Shown here in pieces: positions 1-13,477 of a stretch of DNA of 64,000 bases. The position numbers and the translations under genes were made by a program. How positions within the stretch are numbered: position 1 is the first letter of the stretch; every line of letters starts with the position of its first letter. The stretch spans positions 11,396,275 through 11,460,274 of the forward strand of contig NC_134032.1 of the NCBI RefSeq assembly GCF_964204645.1, in the 5' to 3' direction. The notes beneath the pieces were generated by a model. That model ran no database searches. It was not told the DNA's origin and was given only the letters and a program-made list of their open reading frames with translations. This DNA comes from Tubulanus polymorphus (Eukaryota; Animalia; Nemertea).

Positions 1-229
1 CAGACGACGTATCTAAACGGTCGTTCTCCGGTATGGACGACGAGATGTCAATTCAACTTCGACGGGGTTCGGAAACTTTTGAAGCAGAACTGACACGAAT
101 AGCCGTTGGGTAATTGCGGAGCGGTCTCGAGGAGTCGAGCTCCGGGTCGCTGCTCTACATGTCCTGCTGGTTGGTAGGAACTCCGATGCAGCACCTTAAC
201 GGAGTCTTGGCGGCGAGATTTGCAGCGGC
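1..229 (-). pseudogene. Two-finger C2H2 alternative terminal exon, duplicate copy with premature stop (runs off window start)
   Basis: Copy of 3807-4035. Acceptor gtgcag|GC (phase 1) at 229. CQFCFKSFRTPSKLN is followed by TGA where the other copy has CGA (Arg). Confidence 0.7.
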
Positions 230-1014
230 CTGCACGTTGCAAAATAGTAACACCGTCGCAAATATACTATACGGTGTTACATATCCTACGTCGGAACAAA
301 GAGCATGTTTTTGTCTGACTGGCAATGTGTACACGATGTGTGCTGGTACGCACACTGATTGCATATGAATCAGTTTCCAAGGTGGGAGTTTGTGAGAAAA
401 ACGGAAGAGCATTTAGTTGCTATATTTAAAATAAAAGGATTTTTAAGGGATGGTTAGCGTAGTCCGGGAGGTAGTAGAATGGTAGTAGCAGGGATTGAAC
501 ATACCAAATAGGGTAAGGTTAGAAGCGGGTGAGGTCATGGTTTAGGAATTTGAAAAAAATGTACAAATTCCCATATAAGTCTAAGGTTTTTGCGTTAGAG
601 GAAGAGAAATCAGAAAGAAATGTAACAACAAGAAAAGAAAATAAGGAAATCATTCCAGATAGAAGTGCTAGTATTTAATAATCTACTCTTGAGGAAGAGG
701 CAGATCAGCGAAAAGAACCAGGTACATAGAAGATCCAGCGGTACAACATTAGTGAGAACAACGATAGATGACACAACGAGTGGTGGAGGTCTTCGTGAGA
801 CCAACAACTGGAGGAGAATTGAATAACAATTGGTTTTTTTTACAGATTGTTAAATGCCATTACAGTGGAGATTGTATAGTCGCATTACAGTAGGAGCTAC
901 GGATAAATGACGACGTAAACTTGACGTACAAAATACAAAATACAATTTACAAAATCAGAAACATTTTTCTTCTGAACAGACATCTTTCCGATAAATCATC
1001 CAAAATGAAAGTTG

Positions 1015-2106
1015 TTACCCGTGAACACCATTTGAATCGCTGCTCTGTCGTCTTGAACAGCGACACTTACTCCAAAAATTTTTGAATATTCTTATCGCTT
1101 CGGCCCTGAATCTGTCGTTAGTCCCGCAATATACGAATTAATTGACGCTCGAATCTAACGGGGTCATCACGTCAGACCCAAAAGATGATATACGGATAAG
1201 TGTATTCCGAACTTCATTGCCAACCGGCTTCGGTACACCTAAGTCAAATAGCATAACTCCATAAACCCAAAGCGAAGAAGGAAACTCTAAAATGATGAAT
1301 AAAATGACAATAGCGAGCGCCATTTTAGTCGCTTTTCGGTCGAGATTGCTTAACTTCGAATCTTGGGTGCCAAGATTTTGTCTATTTTTACCAATTCGTT
1401 TCAGCAAATATATTAGAACGACATTGAGGGTTATAAGCAATAGAATCGGTATCAGACTCGTCAAAAGTGTCGTTAAAATCAATTCTCCCCAATAATGAAG
1501 ACCGAACTGAATATCAGTTAATCCCCTTCGGGCCAGTATTGGAACGTAAAATTTTGTACACGTATCAAACCAATAGAATAAATGGCTTATATTCACAAAA
1601 TAAGGAAGACCGAAGAAAGCGAAGAAAATGTATTGCAAGCAAACGCATATCAATAAGCGTCGTTTGGTGATGTGAGCCTGCGCGAAGAGCGGGAAACTAA
1701 GACTTATAACCCGCTCCGTCGCTATCAGAACCGTTATCCAGTTCCTCGTCAATTTCGTAGACCGGTTTAGGATAAACATACCAAAATACATCCAATAAAA
1801 CCCGATAAAATTTGAACTATGATGAACCTCGGCGCGTTGAATTGAAACCCCGTAAACTAATATATTCAGCCACGGACGCAGGACGTCGCGAAAGAATTTG
1901 ACAGAGAGATAAGAAATATCAGCGACGGCCAAAGCTTCGAGCAGAAAGAGCGACCGGTGCTGCGACGATTGTCGTTTCAGGATCACGATACTGAGACTGT
2001 TGAAGAAAATACCGAACGTTATCGACATGGGTAGAAATGTGACTCGCTGTATGAATACACTTGTTAACTCAAGTTTTTCGCCGCACTTTGATTCATTTGT
2101 CGACAT
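1015..2106 (-). pseudogene. Intronless rhodopsin-class (class A) peptide GPCR, copy 1, nonsense codon in TM7
   Basis: 7TM hydrophobic pattern: N in TM1, LAVAD in TM2, ERV after TM3, EFP in TM6. TAT>TAA at ~1138 in the DSSVNYFVY motif relative to copy 2. Confidence 0.85.
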
Positions 2107-3713
2107 TGCGTATCAGGTGCCGCATTAGAAAATATGCATTACCGTCACGAATTTGATATATACCACGAATCAGCGGTTCGGTTAGTCTGAACACCAGACG
2201 ATGTACGAGTTCTCCTACGCGTCAGGAACAACTGCTGTGGATACTATACAGTTCGGATCTTGGATTGAAGAACTGATTATCTAAACGCGCGTCTAAAATT
2301 CCGATGCATTATCCGTTTCCCTAATGCTCTTTTTTATATTAAGTTAGTACATTATTTTTGATGTACCGGACTGCCTGAAAAGTAAATATATACATATACA
2401 CCACGTGTCATGTGTATTCAAGCCGGAAACATGAATAGATATGAACGTGCGTATCTAACACGTTATAATTAGCGAGACTAAAAACTTTCCGCATATGTAA
2501 TTCAAATATGTCATTCAATCAGTTGAAGCCGTTCAGTTTTTGTGATTTGATTGATGTTTTTGCGTATTCTGTCTTTGTTTAGTTGAACCGGAGAACCGAA
2601 ACTTCCGATTTTATGTACTTCGATTTCAACGAAAGAATTCTGTAATTCCGACCGCCGATGATCACACATCTATATCTGTACTTCGACCATTTCCGATTTA
2701 AAAAAATTAAACTCCCTGTTTTCCTCCCGACAAGTGCAGCGCGTTTGTACGGGACACCACATCTAAACGAATCAAACCCAGGGACAGTACCTGTTCTAAG
2801 ATCAAGAAAACCCGAATTTGATTATGATTCTGTTCTATATAAATGACCTTACACTAGACTCCGCTCAATTCGGAACAAATTAATTCGGATCAGTTCGTTG
2901 AAATATTTTTGCCAAATTGCGTCACTGTATATGAGATACAGTGTTTATAACATTCAACTCAGATATCATTGAGGTCGTAACACATTTTCAAGCTCATTAT
3001 GATCTAATCATCTAAGTGTAGGCTTGCTGAAAAAGTACATCTATATTAGATACCAATTTTGTTGATAAGTATACAAGTATTACTGCGATAAAGGCATTTT
3101 ACTCGAGTGCCCGTCCTCTACCCCTAGCCTTATCTAAAAAAAATTATTTATGAACAAAAATGGCTTACGCGGCTTTTTACCGGTTATTACAGAATCTACA
3201 ACAGAATTGGAACATCAAGAATCAACTAGATTTGGTAAAAACCTATACAGTAGTACAAAATTCCCAACTCCACATTTCCGGACTCCAACTCCAATTCCCA
3301 ACTCCACATTACTCCACATCATCCGATTTTCAAATGACGCCCAGGGCCCAGTTTTGTGCGGTCGTGACTTGAGACCAGAATTGAGCACGAAAAGGTAAAA
3401 CCCTTGTGATTAGAGATTCATCAACAACTCCTTTCTCGTATAAATCTTTCTCTTTTCATTCTTCAAATTGGCTAAATTTCTAGGCAATGCAAATGACAAA
3501 ACATAAATATTCTTACGTAAGCTTTATTGACAAAATGGTTTATTTTCAAGCCGTTTTACTAAGACATGCTCCCCATGATATATACAATGAACAAAAATAC
3601 ATACATGTACATATAGAAAATAAAACTTCCATAGATATAACTAGCGCTTGGGACCCGGTCTTGCATTTGGACATTAGGTATAAACAATATCTTAAAAGGG
3701 TTCAAAGGCCGTT

Positions 3714-4035
3714 ATAAATTGATCTGACATCGGTCCAAATCGAAGTTCGGATGCGCCCGTTTGATATGATTGGTTAAACTATACCTTCTGACTATAAGAC
3801 TTCGGGCAGACGACGCATCTAAACGGTCGTTCTCCGGTGTGGACGACGAGATGTCGATTCAACTTCGACGGGGTTCGGAAACTTTTGAAGCAGAACTGAC
3901 ACGAATAGCCGTTGGGCAAATGCGGAGCGGTCTCGAGGAGTCGAGCTCTGGGTCGCTGCTCTACATGTCCTGCTGGTTGGTAGGAACTCCGATGCAGCAC
4001 CTTAACGGAGTCTTGGCGGCGAGATTTGCAGCGGC
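3714..4035 (-). CDS. Two-finger C2H2 alternative terminal exon with a 1-bp frameshift in finger 2
   Basis: Phase-1 acceptor ttttgcaacgtgcag|GC. Encodes [38 protein letters not shown]; after the extra base it continues YSLTNHIKRAHPNFDLDRCQINL*. Confidence 0.65.
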
Positions 4036-4820
4036 CTGCACGTTGCAAAATAGTAACACCGTCGCAAATATACTATACGATGTTACATATCCTACGTCGG
4101 AACAAAGAGCATGTTTTTGTCTGACTGGCAATGTGTACACGATGTGTGCTGGTACGCACACTGATTGCATATGAATCAGTTTCCAAGGTGGGAGTTTGCG
4201 AGAAAGACGGAAGAGCATTTAGTTGCTATATTTAAAATAAAAGGATTTTTAAGGGATGGTTAGCGTAGTCCGGGAGGTAGTAGAATGGTAGTAGCAGGGA
4301 TTGAACATACCAAATAGGGTAAGGTTAGAAGCGGGTGAGGTCATGGTTTAGGAATTTGAAAAAAATGTACAAATTCCCATATAAGTCTAAGGTTTTTGCG
4401 TTAGAGGAAGAGAAATCAGAAAGAAATGTAACAACAAGAAAAGAAAATAAGGAAATCATTCCAGATAGAAGTGCTAGTATTTAATAATCTACTCTTGAGG
4501 AAGAGGCAGATCAGCGAAAAGAACCAGGTACATAGAAGATCCAGCGGTACAACATTAGTGAGAACAACGATAGATGACACAACGAGTGGTGGAGGTCTTC
4601 GTGAGACCAACAACTGGAGGAGAATTGAATAACAATTGGTTTTTTTTACAGATTGTTAAGTGCCATTACAGTGGAGATTGTATAGTCGCATTACAGTAGG
4701 AGCTACGGATAAATGACGACGTAAACTTGACGTACAAAATACAAAATACAATTTACAAAATCAGAAACATTTTTCTTCTGAACAGACATCTTTCCGATGA
4801 ATCATCAAAAATGAAAGTTG

Positions 4821-5903
4821 TTACCCGTGAACACCATTTGAATCGCTGCTCTGTCGTCTTGAACAGCGACACTTACTCCAAAAATTTTTGAATATTCTTA
4901 TCGCTTCGGCCCTAAATCTGTCGTTAGTCCCGCAATATACGAAATAATTGACGCTCGAATCTAACGGGGTCATCACGTCAGACCCAAAAGATGATATACG
5001 GATTAGTGTATTCCGAACTTCATTGCCAACCGGCTTCGGTACACCTAAGTCAAATAGCATAACTCCATAAACCCAAAGCGAAGAAGGAAACTCTAAAATG
5101 ATGAATAAAATGACAATAGCGAGCGCCATTTTAGTCGCTTTTCGGTCGAGATTGCTTAACTTCGAATCTTGGGTGCCAAGATTTTGTCTATTTTTACCAA
5201 TTCGTTTCAGCAAATATATTAGAACGACATTGAGGGTTATAAGCAATAGAATCGGTATCAGACTCGTCAAAAGTGTCGTTAAAATCAGTTCTCCCCAATA
5301 ATGAAGACCGAACTGAATATCTGTTAATCCCCTTCGGGCCAGTATTGGAACGTAAAATTTTGTACATGTATCAAACCAATAGAGTAAATGGCTTATATTC
5401 ACAAAATAAGGAAGACCGAAGAAAGCGAAGAAAATGTATTGCAAGCAAACGCATATCAATAAGCGTCGTTTGGTGATGTGAGCCTGCGCGAACAGCGGGA
5501 AACTAAGACTTATAACCCGCTCCGTCGCTATCATAACCGTTATCCAGTTCCTCGTCAATTTCGTAGACCGGTTTAGGATAAACATACCAAAATACATCCA
5601 ATAAAACCCGATAAAACTTGAATCATAATGAACCTCGGCGCGTTGAATTGAAACCCCGTAAACTAATATATTCAGCCACGGACGCAGGACGTCGCGAAAG
5701 AATTTGACAGTGAGATAAGAAATATCAGCGACGGCCAAAGCTTCGAGCAGAAAGAGCGACCGGTGCTGCGACGATTGTCGTTTCAGGATCACGATACTGA
5801 GACTGTTGAAGAAAATACCGAACGTTATCGACATGGGTAGAAATGTGACTTGCTGTATGAATACACTTGTAAACTCGAAGTTTTTCGCCGCACTTTGATT
5901 CAT
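4821..5903 (-). CDS. Intronless rhodopsin-class peptide GPCR (FMRFamide/sex-peptide-receptor-like clade), copy 2
   Basis: 360-aa ORF with 7 hydrophobic segments, LAVAD, ERV, DSSVNYFVY and helix-8 FR motifs, and an N-terminal NQS sequon. Confidence 0.85.
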   Translation of the reverse strand: MNQSAAKNFEFTSVFIQQVTFLPMSITFGIFFNSLSIVILKRQSSQHRSLFLLEALAVADISYLTVKFFRDVLRPWLNILVYGVSIQRAEVHYDSSFIGFYWMYFGMFILNRSTKLTRNWITVMIATERVISLSFPLFAQAHITKRRLLICVCLQYIFFAFFGLPYFVNISHLLYWFDTCTKFYVPILARRGLTDIQFGLHYWGELILTTLLTSLIPILLLITLNVVLIYLLKRIGKNRQNLGTQDSKLSNLDRKATKMALAIVILFIILEFPSSLWVYGVMLFDLGVPKPVGNEVRNTLIRISSFGSDVMTPLDSSVNYFVYCGTNDRFRAEAIRIFKNFWSKCRCSRRQSSDSNGVHG

Positions 5904-7329
5904 TTTTCGACATTGCGTATCAGGTGCCGCATTAGAAAATATGCATTACCGTTACGAATTTGATATATACCACGAATCAGCGGTTCGGTTAGTCTGAACA
6001 CCAGACCCTGTACGAGTTCTCCTACACGTTAGGAACAACTGCTGTGGATACTATACAGTTCGGATCTTCGATTGAAAAACTGATTATCTAAACGCGCGTC
6101 TAAAATTCCGATGCATTATCCGTTTCTCTAATGCTGTTTTTTTTAAATATTAAGTTAGTACATTATTTTTGATGTACCGGACTGCCTGAAAAGTAAATAT
6201 ATACATATACATACGCACCACGCGTCATGTGTATTCAAGCCGGAAACATGAATAGATATGAACGTGCGTATCTAACAGGTTATAATTAGCGAGACTAAAA
6301 ACTTTCCGCATATGTAATTCAAATATGTCATTCAATCAGTTGAAGCCGTTCAGTTTTTGTGATTTGATTGATGTTTTTGCGTATTCTGTCTTTGTTTAGT
6401 TGAACCGGAGAACCGAAACTTCCGATTTTATGTACTTCGATTTCAACGACTGCTGTGGATACTATACAGTTCGGATCTTAGATTGAAAAACTGATTATCT
6501 AAACGCGCGTCTAAAATTCCGATGCATTATCCGTTCCCCTACTGCTGTTTTTAATATTAAGTTAGTACATTATTGTTGATGTACCGGACTGTCTGAAAAG
6601 TAAATATATACATATACATACGCACCACGCGTCATGTGTATTCAAGCCGGAAACATGAATAGATATGAACGTGCGTATCTAACAGGTTATAATTGCCAGG
6701 ACTCAAAAAAACTTTTTCCGCACATTATTAATGCATTCATTATTAAAATATGTCATTCAATCAGTTGAAACCCGTTTGTCGACCTTCCTTTCATAAAACC
6801 ATGTTAACCGTTGAACAGGATTCTAAATTCCCCTCATTTTCATAGCATGGTGGGGATGTTATAGCAGACGTACATTCGATCGTGGTCGACACAGACAAGA
6901 TCAAGAATACGAACAAGACTGTGCAGAAAACCCGTTATCGCTGCTTTGCAGCTATATTAAAAATCTATTTTTCAATCAGTTGAAACCGTTCAGTATTGTG
7001 ATTTGATTGATTGATGTCAGTAGGGCCTACGTACGTTTTTGCGTCTTCTGTCTTTGTTTACATGAACCAATTATGTACTTAGATTTCATTTGCATGAACT
7101 GTTTAAAGACAAACACGAACAACTTGGTTTTCAATCTTATTTATTACATAAATCTTACATCTTTTACTTGCAGGAGAAACAAACGAACAGATCGCTGTTG
7201 TATACAATGCCATTAGTCGTCTTCGTAGAAAACTGATATAATGTCAGTTTTCGCAAAAGGTTAGTGCCGCAAGGCTTCGTCGGCAAACCTGCGCTGAACT
7301 TGCGCACCCGGGCGAGTGTCTAGTGTGGC

Positions 7330-7386
7330 AGGGCTTCGTGCCGTGGCTGAGTTTAGTGATGCCATCAGGTTCGAATCCCGAGGACG
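7330..7386 (+). mobile_element. tRNA-derived (SINE-like) fragment; copies at ~9295-9345, ~38925-38975 and ~53715-53765
   Basis: A-box-like TGGCTGAGT and B-box GGTTCGAATCCC; no complete cloverleaf. Confidence 0.45.
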
Positions 7387-7485
7387 GAGGATGGTCTGGG
7401 TATGATCTGCGGGGTGAAAAAAAAACTTTATTGAAAAATAAATTCTGATGATATCGATGATGATCCGTGTCAACTAACATCGAAT

Positions 7486-8210
7486 CTAGAAATCAAATGT
7501 GTTTGGGTCGACGTTATGAATGCGCTTCATGTGCTGTTTGCAGTTATATTTCAGATTAAAACGTTGCTCGCACATCGGACATTTAATCGGTTTTTCGCCG
7601 GTGTGAATTCGCTCGTGTATCGCCAAATTTACGCTAGTTTTCATCCTTTTACCGCAAAACTGACATTTAAACGGTCGTTCATCTAAATGAACTAGATTCA
7701 TGTGCTGTTTACAATGTGATTTCAGCGCGAAACATTTCTCACAAGTCGGGCATTTAAATGGTCGTTCATCGGTATGAACCAGTTTCATGTGCCGTTTACG
7801 GTTCGATTTCTGAGTAAAACATTGCTCGCACATTAAACATTTAAACGGTTTATCCCCGGTGTGAATTCGCTCGTGTTGTTTACATAATGCGGGAATATTA
7901 AACCATTTATCACAAAACTGACATTTGTATTTTTTACTATTGCCAGCCTTGAATTTCTCAGATGATACATGGCTATTCGGGCAAACATTGTGAACCTGCT
8001 TCATGTGCCGGTCACAGCTCGACTTCACCATGAAACATTGCTCGCACGTCAGACATTTAAACGGTTTTTTGCCGGTACTACCAGGCTCAATGTTACCCCC
8101 TTTACATCCTGTTGCTATTTTCAATCGACCTTGAGCATTGACCTTACCAGCGGGAAGACGACTCAGTTCAACAGACGGCAGTAATTCATTCGGCACGTCG
8201 TATCCGACAC
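7486..8210 (-). CDS. Variable terminal ZF exon, unit A, 6 C2H2 fingers
   Basis: Acceptor tttgtag|GTGTCGGATAC at 8210. Intact ORF ending DPNTFDF*. AATAAA on the minus strand at 7427-7432. Confidence 0.85.
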
Positions 8211-9444
8211 CTACAAAGAAACATTAGAATCAAATTTAAGCCTCATCTTCACAATTCCGCCTCTGAATCCATTGAGAATTGAACAACTGGTGGAATAATA
8301 AAGGGTAACAGAGATTGAAGACAAATATCATCCTGAAGAAACTAATTCGTTCCTTACGAAGTTATGATGGACTGTGGCAATCGAGGATTCCACTTGTGGC
8401 AAGCGAAGATCCACCTGTTCGCTAGTGCGCATTCAGACAATTCCCAAATTTCTCCTCAGATTCAATTAAAATCTATCCATAATTTCTCATATTCTATGAA
8501 TGGTGATTAATAAAATTCACGCTATATATCAACCTAAAGATCATCTGAGTTTATCAAGAGTAATGATTTGCCAAATTTCTGATGAGGGATGCTAAATATC
8601 TAGATAAAAGTTCATTCATCGAAAATGAACTAGACTTTGACGGGGTTGTCGCACTGATACACACGTCATCCTGGTGGGATGTCTAGCTGGTGGCACAGGA
8701 GTCCTCATTAACGGTTTTCTTTCTGATTAAAATATTGCTCAGAAATCGACTAGTGAATCGGTTTTTCATATGCACGAACTATCAAAAGACTAACACGAAA
8801 AACTTGGTTTTCAATCTTATTTATTTGGATAAATCTTACATCTTATACTCGAAGGAATAACATATGAACAGATCGCTGTTGCATTAGTCATCTTCGTAGA
8901 AAAGTGATATAATGTCAGTTTTCTTTCCAGCTAAAATGTTCCCCATTCCAACAAACTAACGAATTCGCGACAAAAATCTGTGCGAAAAATACATTTAAAA
9001 AAATTAAATTTTGGAAGCATTTTTTTCATCAAAAGGAAGGACTAAGAGTAAAAATAAAGACGATGTTTGTCCAAACTGATTGCAAAAGAAGCCCGACACT
9101 AGCACGAGTGCGTAGCTAATGACGTCATCTACGAGATTATGTCATTATTAGCCAATCAGAAATCCCGTTTTATATTTGCCAGGCTTTCTCCGTTATCCGT
9201 GAAATTGTGCAATCATAATAATAATCAGCGCGACTATACAACAGGCAATCTGGATTGGTGCCGCATGTACTTGCGCACCCGGTCTAGTGTGGCAGAGCTT
9301 CGTGCCGTGGCTGAGTTATAAGCGATGCCATCAGGTTCGAATCCCTGCTGATGGTGTTGAGTATGATCTGCAAGGTATAAAAACCTTTACTGAAAAATCA
9401 AATCTGATGATAACAATGATGATCCGTTTTAAGTAACATCAAAT

Positions 9445-10340
9445 TTAGAAATCAAACGTGTTTGGGTCGACGTCATGAATGCGTTTCATGTGCTGTTTAC
9501 GGTTATATTTCACATTAAAACACTCCTCGCACATCGGACATTTAAACGGTTTTTCGCCGGTGTGAATTCGCTCGTGTACCTCCAAATTTACCCTAGTTTT
9601 CATCCTTTTACCGCAAAACTGACATTTAAACGGTCGTTCATCTGAATGAACCAGTTTCACGTGCTGTTTACACTGTGATTTCAGCGCGAAACATTTCCCA
9701 CACACCTCACATTTAAACGGTTTTTCATCGGTATGAACCAGTTTCATGTGCACTTTACAGTTAGATTTCCACGTAAAACACGACTCGCACATTGGACATT
9801 TGAACGGTTTTTCGCCGGTGTGAATTCGCTCGTGTCGTTTAATGTCTGAGAGAAAAGTAAACCCTTGATCGCAAAAACGGCATTTAAACGGTCGTTCATC
9901 GGTATGAACCAGTCTCATGTGCGTTTTACGGTTTGATTTCTGAGTAAAACGTTGCTCGCACATCTGACATTTAAACGGTTTATCACCGGTGTGAATTCGC
10001 TCGTGTGTTTTACGTGATGCGGGAAAACTAAACCACTTATCGCAAAACCGACATTTGTACTTTTTACTATAGCGAGCCTTGACCTTCTCAGATGAAACAT
10101 GGCTATTCGGGCAAACATTATGAACCTGTTTCATGTGCCGGTCACAGCTTGATTTTACCATAAAACGTTTCTGACATGTCGGACATTTGAATGGTTTTTT
10201 GCAGTTACTTCCAGGGTCAATGTTACCCCCTTTACATCTTGTTGCTATTTTCAATCGACCTTGAGCATCAAACTTTCCAGCGGGCAGACGACTCAGTTCA
10301 ACAGACGGCAGTAATTCATATGGCACGACGTATCCGACAC
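9445..10340 (-). CDS. Variable terminal ZF exon, unit A, 8 C2H2 fingers
   Basis: Same phase-1 acceptor at 10340; intact ORF with TGEKPF-type linkers. Confidence 0.85.
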
Positions 10341-11064
10341 CTACAAAGAGTCATTAGAATCAAATTTAAGGTTCATCTTCACAATTCCGCGTCTGAATCC
10401 AGTGAGAATTGAACGACTGGTGAAATAATAAACAGAGCTTGAAGACAAATATCATCCTGAAGAAACTAATTCGTTCCTTACGAAGTTATGATGGTGTTTC
10501 ACGTGCAATGAGGACTCGTTCGACTGTGGCAATCGAGGATTCCACTTGTGGCAAGCAAACATCCACCTGTTCGTTAGTGTGCATTCAGACAACAATTCCC
10601 GAATTTCTCCTCAGATTCAATTAACTCTATCCATAATTTCTCATATTCTATGAATGGTGATTAATAAAATTCATGCTATATATGAACCTAAAGATCATCT
10701 GAGTTTATCGAGAAGAGTGATTTGCCTAATTTCGGATGGAGGCTAAAAATCTAGATAAAAGTTCATTCACTGAAAATGAACTAGATTTTGACAGGTTGTG
10801 ACACTGATACACACGTTATCAAGTGGGAGAGCTGGTGGCACGGAGTCCTCATTAACGGTTTTCATTCTGATTGAAATATTGCTCACACTTCGAATGTTAA
10901 AATGGTTTTTCATTTGCGTGAACTATCAAAGACAAACCCGGAGGTAATTTTGGTTTTCAATTAATTTATTTCTTATTCATTTCTTATTTATTTGATTAAT
11001 CTTACATCTTATATTCGCTTTTGTGACATATTAACAATTAACCATCTTCATAGAAAAACGATAA

Positions 11065-11650
11065 GTTTATATAAGTATAATTACAAAATATGATATCTTG
11101 ATATAAGTTTCCATGAGTATATACATGACCGGATATACTGGTAGCCCGATGTGGCTGAAACCCTAAAATAGGGCAGTGTAACCGTTAAAAAAGGAGTAGA
11201 TGATAAAAAGAATAAGGTGATAGATGACGAAATGAAGCTTACACTTATGCTGAATGATAGCAAGTCTGCGTATATGGCCAAAATAACAGAAATTTATAAG
11301 AAATTAATGTAAAATAATGTGTTATTAATGATTATAGGGAATCAGCTTGATTGGATGTATCGGCATAGAAATAAGTTAACACGAATGGAAGGTTAATTTT
11401 CTAAACTGTTATCTGGGTTGGGGAGTTCTTTATGTCATCACAGCTGTTCTACCAGACTGTTGGTATTTTACCTAAGAAGGATCCGGAAAGAGGTATGAGG
11501 TGCAAGTCTAGGGTGATTTTTACATCGGGTATTGTAATCATGATAGGCTGCATTTTTCTCAAAGATGTTCAGGATGGGGGATGGGAGGTCTGTCTTACAA
11601 AATTTGTATCCAGATTAAATCAATTCAGGGTTTACAAGATCATCGAAAAA
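11065..11650 (-). mobile_element. 5'-truncated LINE fragment (CR1/L2-type ORF2 C-terminus)
   Basis: Minus strand reads KFCKTDLPSPILNIFEKNAAYHDYNTRCKNHP, with the HxYNTR motif of CR1/L2-group ORF2 ends. Absent from paralogous spacers. Confidence 0.55.
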
Positions 11651-12047
11651 AATCTTACATCTCATACTGGCTTTTGTAACGTACTATCAATTAATCATCT
11701 CCATAGAAAAATTATTTGAAAAAAGTTTTCCAGCCACTTCTTTTGAATCCAATACTGAAATACTAAAATTTCTCTAAAACTTTGCGGAAAGAAAACAATA
11801 GTGTTTCAGATCTATAAAATTACTCATGAACCCTGTATATAATACATTGTATCAACTTTATAAGTTAACTGAATTATTTTCCGATCTATAGAATCCAAGT
11901 CTGTTTAAACTTAAACCTAACTTGAACCGAACATTCTACAAAACCTCACATAGGCTAACTAAAACTCCTTTTGACATTCAATCAACTTTTCAAAAATCTG
12001 ATGCCTTCCGGTCGGAATCATGAATCCATTTGAACCACAGTCAACCC

Positions 12048-12176
12048 CCGATATACCGACACCCCGCCTACCGCCAGGTTTTCCCAATGTTCATCTCTAT
12101 ACAAATTCATAGTATAACACCCTTACCGCCGAAATCGTTCAGTACCGATGTGGGCGGTATATCGGGGGTCGACTGT
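12048..12176. mobile_element. Tc1/mariner-like MITE; related copies at ~22692-22871, 25325-25490, 31935-32073, 40634-40821, 42984-43121, 55550-55736, 60823-60940
   Basis: TIRs cagtcaacccccgatataccg ... cggtatatcgggggtcgactg with TA flanks in most copies. Propagated with the exon duplications. Confidence 0.75.
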
Positions 12177-12349
12177 AGTTTCAAGCGTTCTTCTGTTACA
12201 GTTTCCTTACAGTCAGAACTGTTTTTGGTTTTTCATTGGTTTGTATCAGCATGTGTTAGGTGTGATCTGATATATAAGGAAAAACCTTTCACTAAAATTC
12301 AACTTCGATGATAACTAACGACGATGATCAACTTCAACTAACATTAAAT

Positions 12350-13336
12350 TAAGAAATCGAATGTTTGGCTCATGAATGCTTTTCATGTGTTGTTTACAGT
12401 TATATTTTCGATTGAATTGATCGAACATTTAAACGGTTTTTCGCCGGTGTGCACGCGCTCGTGTCGCTTCAAATGGTAACTAGTTTTCATCCATTTATCG
12501 CAAACATTTGAACGGTCGTTCATCGGAATGAACTTGTCTAATGTGCACTGTACAGGATCCTTTCCGACTAAAGCGTTGCCCGCACGTCGGACATTTAAAC
12601 GGTTTTTCACCGGTGTGAATTTGCTCGTGTTGCTTCAATTGGGTGCGATTTTTTATCCGTTTAGTGCAAAATTGACATCTAAACGGTCTTTCATTGGAGT
12701 GAACTTCTTTTATGTGCGTTTGACATGTTGATTTCTGCGTAAAACGTTGCTCGCGCGTCGGACATTTAAACGGTTTTTCGCCGGTGTGAATTCGCTCGTG
12801 TACCTTCAAACCGTAGCGAGTTTTCATCCATTTATAGCAAAACTGACATTTAAATGGTCTTTCATCGGTATGAACAAGTTTCATGTGCATGTTACAGTTC
12901 GATTTCCGAGTGAAAGCTTTCTTGCATATCGGACATTTGAACGGTTTTTTGCCGGAGTGAGTTCGCTCGTGTATATTCAAATAGTTGCGAGTTTTTAACC
13001 GTTTATCGCAAAACCGACATTTAAACAGTCTTTCATCCGTATGAACACGTTTAAAATGCACCTCACGGCTTCTTTTGAGCCTAAAACATTTCTCACATGT
13101 CGGACATTTAAACGGTTTTTCACTGGTGTGTGTTCGCTCACGCCGTGTACAATCTGCAGTCATCAACGCGTTAGACTTAGATCTATAGGCGGCTTCACTA
13201 GAACTAACAGGTTCGATGTTAACCTTTTCACATCCTGTCGCTATTCTAAATCGACCTTGAGCATTGTCCTTTCCAATTGGCAGACGACTCAGTTCAACCG
13301 ACGGCAATAACTTGCGCGGCACGTCGTATCCGACAC
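12350..13336 (-). CDS. Variable terminal ZF exon, unit A, ~7 fingers in frame then frameshifted tail (decaying)
   Basis: Acceptor at 13336; ORF to 12495. One Cys>Arg finger. A deletion near 12505 shifts further fingers out of frame. Confidence 0.7.
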
Positions 13337-13477
13337 CTACAAAGAGTTGTAAGAGAATCCAGATTTTAATTTATGGCGCATCAACATTTCAAACATCGTA
13401 TTTCGAGGTTGAATGAACAAAGCTGAAACAACGAAATAGATTCATGATCGGAGAATAAAATCAATAGATGCTACTCG

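Larger units (their letters stand above)
1..6450. repeat. Tandem segmental duplication with period ~3806 bp (2-finger exon + GPCR + flanks)
   Basis: Near-identical ORFs at a constant 3806 offset (155/3961, 610/4416, 1292/5098). 1-~2630 matches 3807-~6450. Confidence 0.95.

Noticed and set aside
8422-8438. Dscam-like docking/selector pairing between donor-proximal tgcgcattc and gaatgcgca upstream of ZF acceptors
   Set aside because: Only 9 nt, mismatched in other copies and deleted upstream of exons 42488 and 58772; not distinguishable from chance.
10439-10624. Recurrent plus-strand ORF upstream of ZF acceptors (also 24572)
   Set aside because: Broken by indels in other copies; co-duplicated intron sequence with no recognisable domain.
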